DNA of 64,000 nucleotides from Trichoplax adhaerens. Taxonomy: Eukaryota; Animalia; Placozoa. Under the pieces are notes generated by a model. It ran no database searches. It was not told the origin of the DNA and saw nothing but the letters and a program-made list of their open reading frames with translations. The position numbers and the translations under genes are program-made. Each line of letters begins with the position of its first letter. Position 1 is the stretch's first letter. The stretch is taken from positions 5,866,597 through 5,930,596 of the forward strand of contig NW_002060946.1 of the NCBI RefSeq assembly GCF_000150275.1, in the 5' to 3' direction. Positions 24,021 to 37,371 of the stretch are shown one piece after another.

Positions 24021-27000
24021 CTCTACTATCCGATTTTAAGTACCAACTTTTGTTAAAACGTTTCAATTAAGACAGCGATAGATCGATCATATCCTGTTTT
24101 ATTCAATTCTAAAAGTATCTAAAAGTCAAATTAGGATGATTGATGTATGTCTGTGTCCAGTAGCCTTCTCTTCTTTTTATACCAAATCATATAGTTACAA
24201 GAACTGATATATTTCACTTGATATAACTATAACAGAAGCCTTTGTTATAAAGAAAAATTGAGCATATGTTGTCGCGTGCACGTTTACTTATATCTCATAA
24301 TTAAATCTTCTATCGAACTGATTCCTATTGATAAAGTAGTTTACTGAATAAAGCAGACGTGATGCTTTCTATAGAATTTTAAATTAACAGTTTCATTTGT
24401 TGATTTTCTTAAGCAAAGATGACTGTAAAGTATTGTTCTTGATATAGAATTGATTCTATTACAATGCTTGTACAAAATCCTGATTCTTCTAATTGATTGC
24501 CATAAGTGATTAATTAAATGATCAATTTGATAGCTTTCTGCTTTCATGTCATTGTTTAGATTAGCTACAGTCATCATTATACGAACCTGTCATCGATCCA
24601 CTTTCAAATTTTATATTCTCGCTTTCAAGTAATCGTGACAGATAGCAGAATAGTTTCGGGTGTTATTTATATAATTGTTGTGGAAGTGATATACGAGTAG
24701 ATTACAACTTAGTCATAGAGGTAATTTTACGGCAAATCGTCTTCCTAATTAGTTTCTAGATATCTACGCTTTTCTGTCTATTTGGATAGTTAACTTTCCC
24801 TAGATAGAGTTGGCTTAATATCTGTCTTAAAGTTCTATATTTTGGACGATGAATTTATGTTTCTAGCGCTAAAACTTAAATTTCAATATGCTGAACTTTG
24901 TTTCGTCTTGTTAACAGTAGAAATACGTCCTAAAGGACAACTATCTTGCGTTCTAAATAAACAATGCGTCAGCTATTCTATACCGTATCTGTACTGTTAC
25001 AACTGATAGTTCTAAATATATTTTATTCAACTATAAACAGCTCTTTCCCCTAATTACCGTCTTAATAACATTTCCTTCGAATCCGGAAGCTTAATAATTC
25101 TTACTTAACACACTATACGTATGTCAATACTCCTTCCTAATTTTTTATACTCAATTTACTCGTGTAAAAAGATGTTATCATCAATAATTATAAAATGATC
25201 CAGCTTAATAAATACTAACGAAAAAGAAATTTTGCGTTTTTTATAAAGAATAGCCTATCGCCTATCTTCCTACTAACGGGGACAACCATCATGGACTATG
25301 TCTAGTCTTACAAGGAAAAAGCGGCTTTTTAATACGCATTTTAATTTACTAGACAGATCACTCCAGGTAATGGTCCATTTCGAAAAAAATATGGAGTTAT
25401 AGTATTAAATATTTTATTCTTCTATTGTCTATTCCAAATATTATTGATTCAAGATCATTTTACTAAAAATATTAATGAAATCTGTATGACGCTAAATATT
25501 AATCAAATTTCGACGATGACATGATATCCAGCTAATGACATTTACTGGTAGTGATTATTTCATCAAATGTTACGATAGTTCATTTCATCAGCTATATTTC
25601 TAACTTTTTATCTATAATTTTTTGGTTAATATCGTATGACATTGACCCCAGTCACATACGATTAAGCACTTTAAGATTGAATAACTTGGAATCTTCATAG
25701 TATCTTAGTCAATAACCAAAAGATTAAATCTAGAATTGAAGAAATTCTAATTTAACAGATATTTTATTAGCTACCATTGGCATGTATCGCCTTTAAGCTC
25801 CGTAATTAAATATTATGATTTCTTAAATAATCAATCTGTGCTAGGAACAGCTTTTTTACATTAATAAATCAAGAAAATCAATCAATCAGTGGATTAACTT
25901 CCTCCTTTGCTTAACACATAGATTTACTTAATTTTCGATTCTACGGCTATAAAGTGATCTCAAGTTTAAAAATGTATTAATGACATTGATTACTTCCCTG
26001 CATCCCTTCCCAGATCAGAGTATGTAAGTTCAAGCTTATCAATTACCTAATCAGGGAACTTGTTAATCTAGTCTTTATGTACTTATCCTAATTACTATAG
26101 TACATTACAGATCATTTCTCCTGCTTCAAGAAAGCAGTTCTTGCATGTATTCGATCAATGATTTATACTTCAAATGCAAATACAACACTTTCAGAAATAT
26201 TTTGTAAGCCAAATTATTCGAATATCAACATTGTTCTGATTTTCGTTTCATAACTGATAAAATATATACCAATGATAGTCCTTTAGTGCAGAAATTTAAT
26301 TAATATAATTATTACTCCAGTAATTGTATGACAACAGCTGTCCGTGGTAGCAATCTCTTTAATTACGAATTTATGGCACAATCTATGTATCAGTGATAAA
26401 AGGTATCTTAAAATCCGTAAGGTGATACAAGACCTACAACGATAAAACTTAACGAATAACTTGAAATATAAGCTAAATAATTCTATATTTACTATTATAA
26501 ACCTAATTTTAATCTCTCAATCTCTTTTATTAGTTTGAGGGCTGCTTTATCAATAATACGATTGCACCTTCAGTCTCGTAAGTAAAGTCTTGATGGCATC
26601 TTATTATGACTATTATCTATTATTACATGCCACTACATTTAAATTTTCAATTTTTATTTGCTAAGAAGTTAAAATATTCTTAGTATATATATATTTTTAT
26701 ATAACTTTTTATTAAGTCCCGTATACATACATGAAATACTTCAATCAAAGCGTAATATGAACATCATTAAACTTATAAGAACTTAGGGATTAAAACTACT
26801 ATACATTAATCAGGCGTAAGAAGTATAGAAAAATCTATCTCATCATTAACAATTGAAGCGACAGTAGTTTCATAGTAATAATTGATTTCGATTTCATTAC
26901 AATTATCTTTTAACTGAAGTCTGCATACATATTTATCAATTCAGCATGATAGATTGATTATCTAATAGTTCATACGACTACAATTCTCTCTAAATTGGTA

Positions 27001-27908
27001 AGTTTAAAATTTTTAATAGAGAACTAAGAACGTATATTTTAGGTATAAATTTAGCATCGAAAATTAAAAGTTCAGCAGTATAATATTCTATGAATGATTC
27101 AATTTATCCCTCAAAATACATTGCTTGGCCTATCGGCTCTCTATTCCTATTAAAGTTATGCTACAATAGCGGAGTACTTGCAACGACAGTATATATTGAA
27201 CTTTCGAGGCATGAAGCGAAATACAGGAAAAGTTTGTAGCAGTTAAGTTTACCAAAATTAAGGTTAGACTTTAAATTGATAATTACAAATTTAATCTATT
27301 CGATATTATATACAAATAAAACGTCTCATTTAGAAAGTTACTTAGTGTATAATCATACAAATGAGTTGACTACGTAATAAATATTCGTAAGGTTATAAGG
27401 TTTTACCAAGAAATCTGAGCGAAAGCTAGTGCTACAGTATTTACCATCTTTTCATCTAATACATTATTTTGATCTTAATTAATGGGCTAGAAATTTGTTC
27501 ATGAATATACGGTAATAGATAGAACAAAATAGCACAATTTAAGTTATCAAATGTAATCTATTTAAGGTGCTAACTTAGGAAAGAGTTCAAGTACGGTAAA
27601 AGCTATATTACAATATAATGACGTCCATATGGAAAATGAGTGTAACTGGAGAAGAACAGCAGACCAATACCCTTATATCATGTACCACATACTTTATTGT
27701 ATTATTCTCAGGAATTAATGCCAGTCAATCAGCTGCTCTTCTGCTTGCAGTAACGGTAAGCTTAGACGCTTTGATCTTTTAAACGGTCATTAAAAGCAAC
27801 TTATTAAAATTAGATCATAGATACAATGCAATCATTAAGCTAATCTTTCAGCCATTCCTTAACGACCAGATCATACGGATTTATTTACGTGCTTTCTTCT
27901 TGATATGT

Positions 27909-30900
27909 TTAATGGAGCTGATTAGTGCTTTCAGTTCCACTATCACTGCTAGTTTCATTTGGTATAGAAGTAGATTTATCCGACACGCTATAAGCCTCGG
28001 CATCATGACTTTCAATACCGTTGTTTTGATTAGTCTTAATAATGTTAAATTCCATAGAATCAGGAGCAGAAACTTCATCATCTTTGCCCGAAGTTGCATA
28101 GTAAGGGTTAACAATTCCTTTCGAGAGTGGTTTACTATCAGTTTTGGAATAAAATGAGGAGTGTGGAGTAGATCCTAGATTGATGAATTATGGAAAAACT
28201 TGTATTACACTTCATTTCCAGTATAGATTTACTCTCAATGTTGAGATTATTCTACCATAAAAATAGGATCAATGCGAAATTGCATACAAAGAAATTCTCA
28301 CTACGTAGTAAATGCCTGCTAGCTTAAATATTACTTATAATAAAATTTGAATGTGTAATTGTAATGATTTACACTAATATCTATCAAAAATTTCTAACCA
28401 GTTCAGAAAGCAAATTACAGCTTAAGTAAGAGAGATTACATAAAAATAACGTTAACAAGTTTCAACAATTGCGTCACTATCCAATATTCTTGTCACAGCT
28501 TTCACCAACCTGCTTTACTCGATATATGAGATTGCACGGATGTGACCACTTAATATAGAATAAAAAAGCAATAGAAATGAGTTAACAAAATCAGATACGT
28601 TACTTGCACATCAAAATAACGACTGCTTATTTTCATACTAGTTTCTTTCATGTTAATTTAACTCAATATTAGATATTATTATCTACATAACGAATACTTC
28701 AATTTCATTTAGAGACACATATAAATGATAGGTTACCATATAGAAAATGTTGCATAAACGTAATGCTAAACTAATAAGATATCATTTTAGTTAATTTTCG
28801 ATATCCTTTAGTAATAGTTAGCGCAATAATGCAGCATAAACGGAAAATTATATCAATGCATGATTATAGTATACTATCAGAGACATCAGCATCACTACTG
28901 CATTAGCACTCTACAGTATACAGAATTTTTAATGAGCATAAAAATCACTTAATCAATCAGTATATTGGTAATTATCACGTCGATTAAGAAGCGAATTACC
29001 TGTATTCCGGAATGTTGAACTAGCATAGCCATTTCTGGAATAAAATCCTGATGTACTATTTTCTCTCTTATCTTGCCATAACTAATAAATCATTTCAAAG
29101 TTTCAGTTGTTACAGGATGTAATGTATTGATTGAATATTGTTAGATAATTCAAGGATAAATATTTATGTGTTCTTGCAGTTAAGAATACGAGAGATTAAG
29201 AAAATTTGATTACAGTTATCTTTAGTGGACACTGAATATAGGACTAGCGCTAAATGCAAAATATTATTAGATATACAATAGATCTTGACCTTATCTTGGC
29301 TATATCGGAATTTCCTTTTACGAAAGGCGTCAATAATCTATGATAAAATTTAAAAAATATAATTCAATGTTACTACGTGCTAACAAAATCTGAAATTATT
29401 GTTGCTTATCGGTTATATTTTCTAGACTAAACTATGTGATCTCAATTTACCTGCTTATCCATAACGCAATGAAATATAAATAATTCGAATCCTTGCAGTG
29501 AAACAAAGATCGTAAAGAGGTAGTTAGCTACCACATCTGACTCAATTTGTACAAAGAAAGCAACGATCCAGCAAAGTCCAAGCAAAGGAAGTAGACAGAC
29601 TGCATTGCGAATATCGGTCCTACCGGAAGGTAGTAGATGTTAATAATGGTAGATGATTTCATATGTATGATTCAAGGAAATTAGGATTGACAACAAAGTA
29701 TAAGCAGTAAGTATTAAGTAACATTGTGCTACTAGGTGCAGGTTCTAACTTTATAGTTCTTTCCTAGTAACATGATTAAACTGTCTGGTATGTAAGCTGC
29801 TTCACGATTAATTTAAATTTTAACAATATTTTAATACCTAATAGCTTGATTCCTGTTACGGCCTTGGTTCATACGCAAAGCAATTCTGCGCCGTAAGACA
29901 TAAAGAATGATTCCGAATATTATTACGTTAACCTGCAATTACAGAATTATATTCGTTCAGGTTAAGAACTTAAGATCAAAGTGGTAGCGAAGCTATCGAT
30001 CTTAGATTTGTTTTTGCGAATATAAACGTAATTCATACCACTAGAATAGCAGCTAGAGGACCTAAAAATATCCATATATGGGTAACCGGTAACCAGCATC
30101 TAGGCGTAGCCAAATAATCTGATTTTAGATGTATTCATAACAAGGTGATACCATAGTGCTCACAGTTTACATTTAGTACATAATTTAAAATCTTCGACAT
30201 CTTATAAATGCTTACATAACGTTATAAGAATAAGCATCTGGCACAACTGCGAAAGTCATTCCACAGATTACTGCTGGAGTACCTGAATATAGTGGAATAT
30301 AATAATTATTTATAGTTTACGGTAATTAGTTTATACATGTAATAGTTATATGGCCAAATTATCGAAATATTTTATTACTTTAATCAATAGCTTGATTCAT
30401 TCATTAGATTTTAAAATATAATGAAATTGCTACAAACGGTCAATGAAATCTAAATTTACTGATGGTAAATTAATACAAACTGCAATATAATTTCTCAGCC
30501 TGTTTGAGAGTATTAAAATAATTAGACAATTCTTTTAACAGAGATCAAAAGTAGCATTTTATAAACTTTAAGCAGTGAAAGAAACCTAAAATAGCTTAAG
30601 TAAATATGGTCTACAACTGTTAGATTTATTTCAAGTAAAGAAGCGGTAGACATGGATAATTTTTATAATTTTGTAAAAAGATTTAAATACCCCAGCCTAT
30701 AAACATATACAGCAGCAAGTAAATTTTCTCTTCTCCAGTAAACACAGTGACCAAAATACGGTAGAGATGGATTCCTTCCACCAGCTGCCATGTAAAGACA
30801 CAGGTAAATAAGTACTGTAATATTACTGTAATTGCAGTACACCAGCCCTACAAATAGTTAATTACAGTCATATTTCAGCCATATCAATATTCAAAAAAAT

Positions 30901-33900
30901 ATGCACAAATAATTGAAATATAACAAGCTGTTACGGCTATTCTTAAATCCTTAGGCTAAAAACATTCTTTGGAATGGCCGTAATAAGGCTATGCTATTTT
31001 AGAAAGTTTGAAATGATATCGTATGAGCGCTACCTTATCTCTAGTTATATCCGCCAACGTAATAAAAGATACATTGGAAATCAGGATAGCTAGGGATAGA
31101 TTGACATGAATGAACCATTTTCGAGTTTTGGGTAAACTGTAATTTAGGGTTGAAATAATTAGTCAGCAAGTTAATAATAAATTTCTGCATAGAAATAAAA
31201 TTTTGAAGGTAAATATAGTTATCATCAGCATAATTAGGGCACTGTACCTTAACATTGCGAAGGATGTTAAAGTTAGTACTATTCCTGTAGCCGATAATGC
31301 CACACCAATAACACCAATAATAGCTAAGGCATACTTGTGAGCTTCAAGAGGATTACGATTGCTAGTGGTATTTGTATCATTACCATTATCATCAGTGACT
31401 GGGGGAGATTCCGTCTAAAACGTACAGTAATACGATAAAAATATTCCATTTTATCTATTCGGATACGACATCTGCAGTAGTAATTCAACATTACAATTAT
31501 TCCTTTTTAAGTCAGTTTTTCAAAACCTGACGGATATAGTACATCTTACAACGGGAAAATTTACTAATAAACTCATGGAGATACTCAATCTTTATAATAC
31601 TATAGCCGATAAAATTACACATTCAATCTAATAAATCTACTTTATCAAAGGTCAATCATTACTAAAGGATACTCATTTTTATGACGATAATTTATGATTT
31701 AACCTATCTCAAACATATATTGAAATCTCTTTGATATACTGAGTAAATAAGTTTAAACTACTTGTAATCGCAAATAAAAATAATGATTTAAAATTTTCAA
31801 ATATGTGTAGCATCATAAGTCATACAATAGCTCATTTTAAAAAAAATGATTTAAACTTTAGGGATTGTGTATAACTTATCAAATGAAGCTATCTAAAAAC
31901 TTTTGTGTCAAAGTTTTACATGACACCTTGCTTCAATTTAATATGGTCATTGGCAATATAATAATAGTTCAAGTTAAATAAATTCTTAAAAGCAGAACTT
32001 GCGGTAATTTTAAGACTACTTATACCTTTTAACAATTAGCATTGATACTGACCTCAACCCCACCAGCAATAACACTATAATCAATGATGTTATATAAAAT
32101 AGTATCATTCGGGCTTCCCGGTGGGACTTTGCCACCAATTGCAACACAACCAAATATACTTCCGTTTAGTTTATCCTCTATAAGGTCACTAATATTTCGT
32201 GACTCATACGTAAATGTTTTGGATGGTCCTAGCAGCATTTCAGTACCACTTTGGCCAAATAGATCTCCAGATAGTTCATACATTATTGCTGAAACTTTAG
32301 CGCGCTGTTCTTCCTGCGAATAAATATTATTGAATTTTCTCAGTAAATAACTAAAATTTAGAGTTTAATAACAATAAAATTATTCAGCTAGCAGAGTATT
32401 TTAAAATATAATGTTATATGAAATAACTGAAAGAAACCATTAAAAAAAATTACGCTATATAATGCTAGATTAGCGATGCTAATATTACTGAAATTTTCTG
32501 ATGAGAATTTGCTAACCTGAATAGGGCAGACAACATCTTTTCCTGTTACCTCGCGCAATATATTAGATGAGGATCTTAAAAGACACTACAAAATAAATAA
32601 TTCCAGCGAAGCATATTAAAACACTTTTTATTTGGTTTCTGAACATAACTTAAATTTTACTAAACTTACAACTGTAAGATTTTTATATTCATCCTCATTT
32701 GATGAACTTTTTCTATCTAGATAAGCTTGATGAATTAGATTTAATGTCGTGATAGACAGATCTTTACTCGGCACATCACCTTGATGTGATTGTAGAAAAC
32801 TAGCCATAATGTTCAAGTAGCTCAGAGTGTAATTGATAGCATATTCTCGAGTCATCTGCGGTAAGATATCATAAAGATGTTATAGGTATAAAAATTTTAA
32901 TAATTGCTATTTTTATGCTATCTAGATTCTAACTGCGGAAAGGAACTGATCAAAATTTCAGCTTACATGGTGGCTGCATGGCTGTAGTATTAAGATTTAT
33001 TTTTAACTAAAGCTAGCTCATCTCAAACTGGTATCAGATTTTACAATGTCTAATCTTTATCTCATATAGCAACGGCTACTGAATAAGCTAAGTTGTACAG
33101 TCTACTTTACTAAAACTGACATAAATTGATTACAGTCTACCTAAGTTCATTGATACTTGTCTAGATACTGTATTTTATTGGATATAAGATGATCAAAATA
33201 AGCATCTTAGATTTAGATAAGGTAATAAATCGATATTAGCGTGGCAGACGAAATAGACTTACAACTATTTCATTTACTAACTACTATACAAAAAATTGCA
33301 TCGAATCATCTAACCCTTTCGTGGATGTCTGCTATGTAGGACGAATAGCAGTTACAAGTGTCAATACCCGACCATTGCGAATCTCCTTGGCTCGATCCAA
33401 TGCAAGACCGCGACAAATTACCTTAGTATATGTATAAAACGATCAAGGTTAGATATTTATTATAGATATCAATACAAAAATAAATTTAATTCATAAGAGA
33501 ACCTAGTATGAGAGGAGACCGAAAGTATGCGTTGCATTTATCATAGATGACATCAGAACCCGGAGGCAAAGCCGGCCATATGATTGAGTTCTTAATATTG
33601 CTCTTGCAGTTTTTTGGATCTGTATGAAAAATAACTTGGTTAGCTGTATATAGTAATGGGATCGCTCATCCAGAGAAAGAGGCTAGAATTAGTTAAATTG
33701 CAACTGGTAATATTCGTAAATTAAAATCTACAAGTATGGTTTGCTATGGCGCAAGCAATTTTCAGTAGCTTTATTAACAAGCTGAGGGGTACAATCTTAT
33801 TTCTTTATTAATGGCACGCAGTTTCAAGATTATACCCCTCAGCTTGTTACCTTAGTACGTCAAATAGGGAATTTTAAAGTATATAAATAAATGATACAAT

Positions 33901-36900
33901 ACAACATATCTATAGACTGAAGAATATAATTGATTGCAGCCAGTAAAAATAGTAATGCAACGCTCCGATAGCGTTGCATTCTTACCTAAAGTAACTTTAC
34001 ATTCACCATAACTCTGTACCTCTCCAGTTTGACAGCATAGTTTTGGCCTAGGACCTAGATAATTCTTGATTGAAGTCTCAATATCTTGTAAAATACTTTT
34101 ATCCTATTCAGATTACATGAGTAATATTATAATATGTAAGCTGAACCAAGGATTAAAATTGAGTACGACATAAGTCATGCATTTATTTCATGTAAGATTG
34201 TACTCTATTGAGATACTGACAGTACCTGATCATTACAAGACGAACGAGAAGAAAGAATTTGGCGAATGTCTAAGATGCACTGAAATAAATTGACCGATAA
34301 TAAAAGCCTCAGTAATTGTATGACTCTGTTTGGATAATAGAAACATATCTGTAGAGTTAGCTGAATAGACAAAATAATCCCCTAATCAATAAATACATAC
34401 ACCAGCTAGCAGATCATTAGTTTCATCTATTTCCGAGCTTTCATTTAATCGGTTATGTGCTATTTGCAACCCAACTAGTGCTTGCGCGATGTTAATTTTT
34501 TCGTTGTACATAGTCTCTGGTGATGTGTCGACAAATTCAAAGCTATTCTTTAGTAACTGACGCAAATTCTCGATAAAAACCGGCATAGCTGCATCTTTCG
34601 TATCCTATGATTGATATGTTAAGTAAATTGTAGCCTTTTAATATACTTGTATATGCAGATCCAGGCTTGTAATTGAATCAGTAGTATTTACCGTTCATTT
34701 GGTCTCAGAAGTTTAATTAAAATTTTTGTTGACTCTGATTAACAGCTATATCTAGTAATTCGCAAAATTTGTAAGCAAATTTACCGTTAAATTCTTGACC
34801 GATTGCAAAACTTTGATGCTTTGACAAAGGCAAATATTGAACGAAGCTGGATCAGCATAGTACAAAGCAGTTGGGCGTAAATTACATGTATATGTTGCTC
34901 TGCCTTCAATCTCTATATATTAAAATCAAGCAGACTAATGATTAACTGATCATATCGGCAATAGTAGTAATTGCAAAAGATTACTCCTCAATCATTACAA
35001 TATTTATAATATATATCAAAACTTATCAACGTGCAGTAAATTAAGCAACATTAAAATCCTTATTTGACATACAATACACTGATCATGAGACCACTGGAAC
35101 GCTATTCGTACTAATATTACGGACCTAATGTAGTAATAGTCAAGCTATTGCTTAATTACAATCCCAATTTTTACTGATATAAAGGTGTTTTAATTCCTGA
35201 ACCTATACAACTGAAAAAATTATTAGCAGCAGTTTATTAATGATGTAGATGCTATCATTTACCTGCATTATCGTATACTGCTCGATTGCTAATACAGTAT
35301 GAAATCTAGCTCTGATATACAAAGTAGTTACACTCGATAATCATAAGTAGAATAATCATAAAATCCGATCTTAAATTCTAGCGCAAGTATACCGTAATTT
35401 TGGGAAAATTTCGTAAGTACTGTAAAATTAATTAAAGCTGAAAAGGTTATTACTTAATTAAGTTGAACGAGCTCACGTGGCTCTAGGTTACTAAAATTAT
35501 GTCCATTTATAATGTATTAACCTATACTGACGATAGAAGATCGTCCGTATTTGAGTCGTACGTAGTAAATAACAAGAATAAGCCTGGCATTAAGCTCGTA
35601 ATTTTAATTTTATGCTACAGATCTCAGCACGTGACACAAGGTTTAAACTTGTGATTTAATGTTGAGCTAGTAAAATCTTACCTGAATGACTTATTGTGGA
35701 GTAGTTTTTGAATTTATCACAAGCCTCTGATTGTACTACACTCTTCGGCATATTGTCTGGTGGTTTCCCAAATGATTGAGTTACGGGTTTTTTTATACAT
35801 ATACCAGCTATTTCGCCTCCACAAATCCTTGGAAAATTTCGACAAGTAATACCTTCAGCTGGAGCATTTCAAGAAAAAAATCTAATCTTATTTGGTAATA
35901 TTGACATACATAATTTTATCATTGATTTTGTTCTTAACATCTAACGTGATTAGAAGCAGCCATAAACCCTAATAAAGTTTACATTTACAGCATCATTTCA
36001 ATAAAGATATTGGGAGTAATGTAACTTAACGAGTCTATTACTACAGCTCTTGTATGACTAAATGTCCCTTATTAAGGGCAAAGTTACCATTCATAAGCAT
36101 TATGCATAGAATTTATTATCACTATAAACGTTATAATTTTATTTATCGATTTCCCAGTAAGTCCGTTTCAAGAATTCATCAAATTTGCGAACGATCTCAA
36201 AGGGGATATTTGATGTTCGCTCAGTAACGCTGAAATTTTAGTTATACGCGGTAACTATCGGTAATATATAATTTTTACAACTGTATATGACAGTAAAAGT
36301 CATATTTTCTACGATATGATAACGGCGCTAAATTTAATTCGCTATTAATTGTAAAGTATGATCGAAAATCAATCGTAGGTAGATTGCTGCATTGCTTTGA
36401 GATCGGTTGATATGGTTATACATCTGGTTATATCTCGGTAGATATTAAATTTGTCGGAAAAAGAATTCGTTTTGCTTATTCTGCTTTCTTAGCTATCTTG
36501 TTTCTTTAATGTGCATTCGCATTAAGATATCATGAAATTGTAGATGTAGACACTACAGATTTATGAAAAGTGTCTTTAATAGTAATTTTTTCATTATAAG
36601 GATGAAAATCAGGCGCAATCAATGAATTCAATAAACGTCAATATTCAGTAATCATTTCAATAAAACGGATGCTGATCAATTTTACCGAAAGTATTCTATA
36701 AAGCGTACGTGCATATGCGGCAGTATGGGGACCTATACTTTGCTAGAGGATTGTCTTTGATATTATAAAGAATTTGTTCATTTCTCTTGAAAATAATATA
36801 GGTAATTATCGGTACTTACAATTCAAAGGAGAAATAATTGCTAGATCTAAGACAGACAGGCGTGCGTGGTATAATATCATAAAAGTGGCAATGAAAATTT

Positions 36901-37371
36901 CGTCGATATGTTATTAGGTACGGAAGATATTTTACGGGATAGCTTTAGGAAATAAGGTCCAGAATTACGTATTATAGATATTCAAAATCTCAAAAATTAA
37001 TCCATTTATAGAAAGTAGCGATTTTGAATTACTTCCGGTTTACTAATTCTGTAGCTAGTGGCTATGAAGCAAGCACAATGCGATTGCGATGTCTAAGTGC
37101 GCGTATATACAAAAATGGCGGCTATGAAATCTTTTACAAATTTCGTACTGCTTTATAGGAATAGAACACTAGTTAGGCACGTTCTTATAAAGTAAGTCAG
37201 AGAAAGTAGAATAAAGAACTAAGAGGAGACATAAGTTAACAAGAGAAGAATATTTTATAATGTTACATCGGTATTAAGCAAGCTATGGTTATTTAAAATT
37301 TATAACTTTATTGAAATACCTGTTATTGATGATAAAGCAATAATAATACAACAGGTTAATAACAATTTCAT
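27909..37371 (-). CDS. Class-B/adhesion-type 7TM receptor, paralog B (same architecture as A)
   Basis: Signal exon 37371-37320 (MKLLLTCCIIIALSSIT); micro-exon ~36847-36820; ~35858-35682; ~34911-34785; ~34604-34402; ~34280-34226; ~34103-33986. HRM exons ~33619-33503 (IIWPALPPG..KCNAYF) and ~33421-33315 (RSC..QWSGIDTCNCYS); ~32855-32670; ~32586-32517; ~32313-32053. Stalk+TM1 ~31414-31249; TM2 ~31137-31034 (WFIHVNL); TM3-4 ~30848-30691 (WQLVEGIHLY..FIGWG); ~30282-30217; ~30098-30039 (CWLP); ~29932-29838; TM6-7 ~29619-29451. Tail exons ~29336-29290, ~29081-29000 and 28174-27909. Confidence 0.87.
33775..33849. repeat. 24-bp inverted repeat with a 27-nt loop inside an intron of paralog B
   Basis: taacaagctgaggggtacaatctt (33775-33798) and aagattatacccctcagcttgtta (33826-33849). 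The single mismatch is a U-G wobble on the minus (sense) strand. Confidence 0.9.

Noticed and set aside
27881-28157. Track ORFs of 77 aa (-) and 85 aa (+)
   Set aside because: Wrong-frame and antisense readings of the terminal exon of paralog B.
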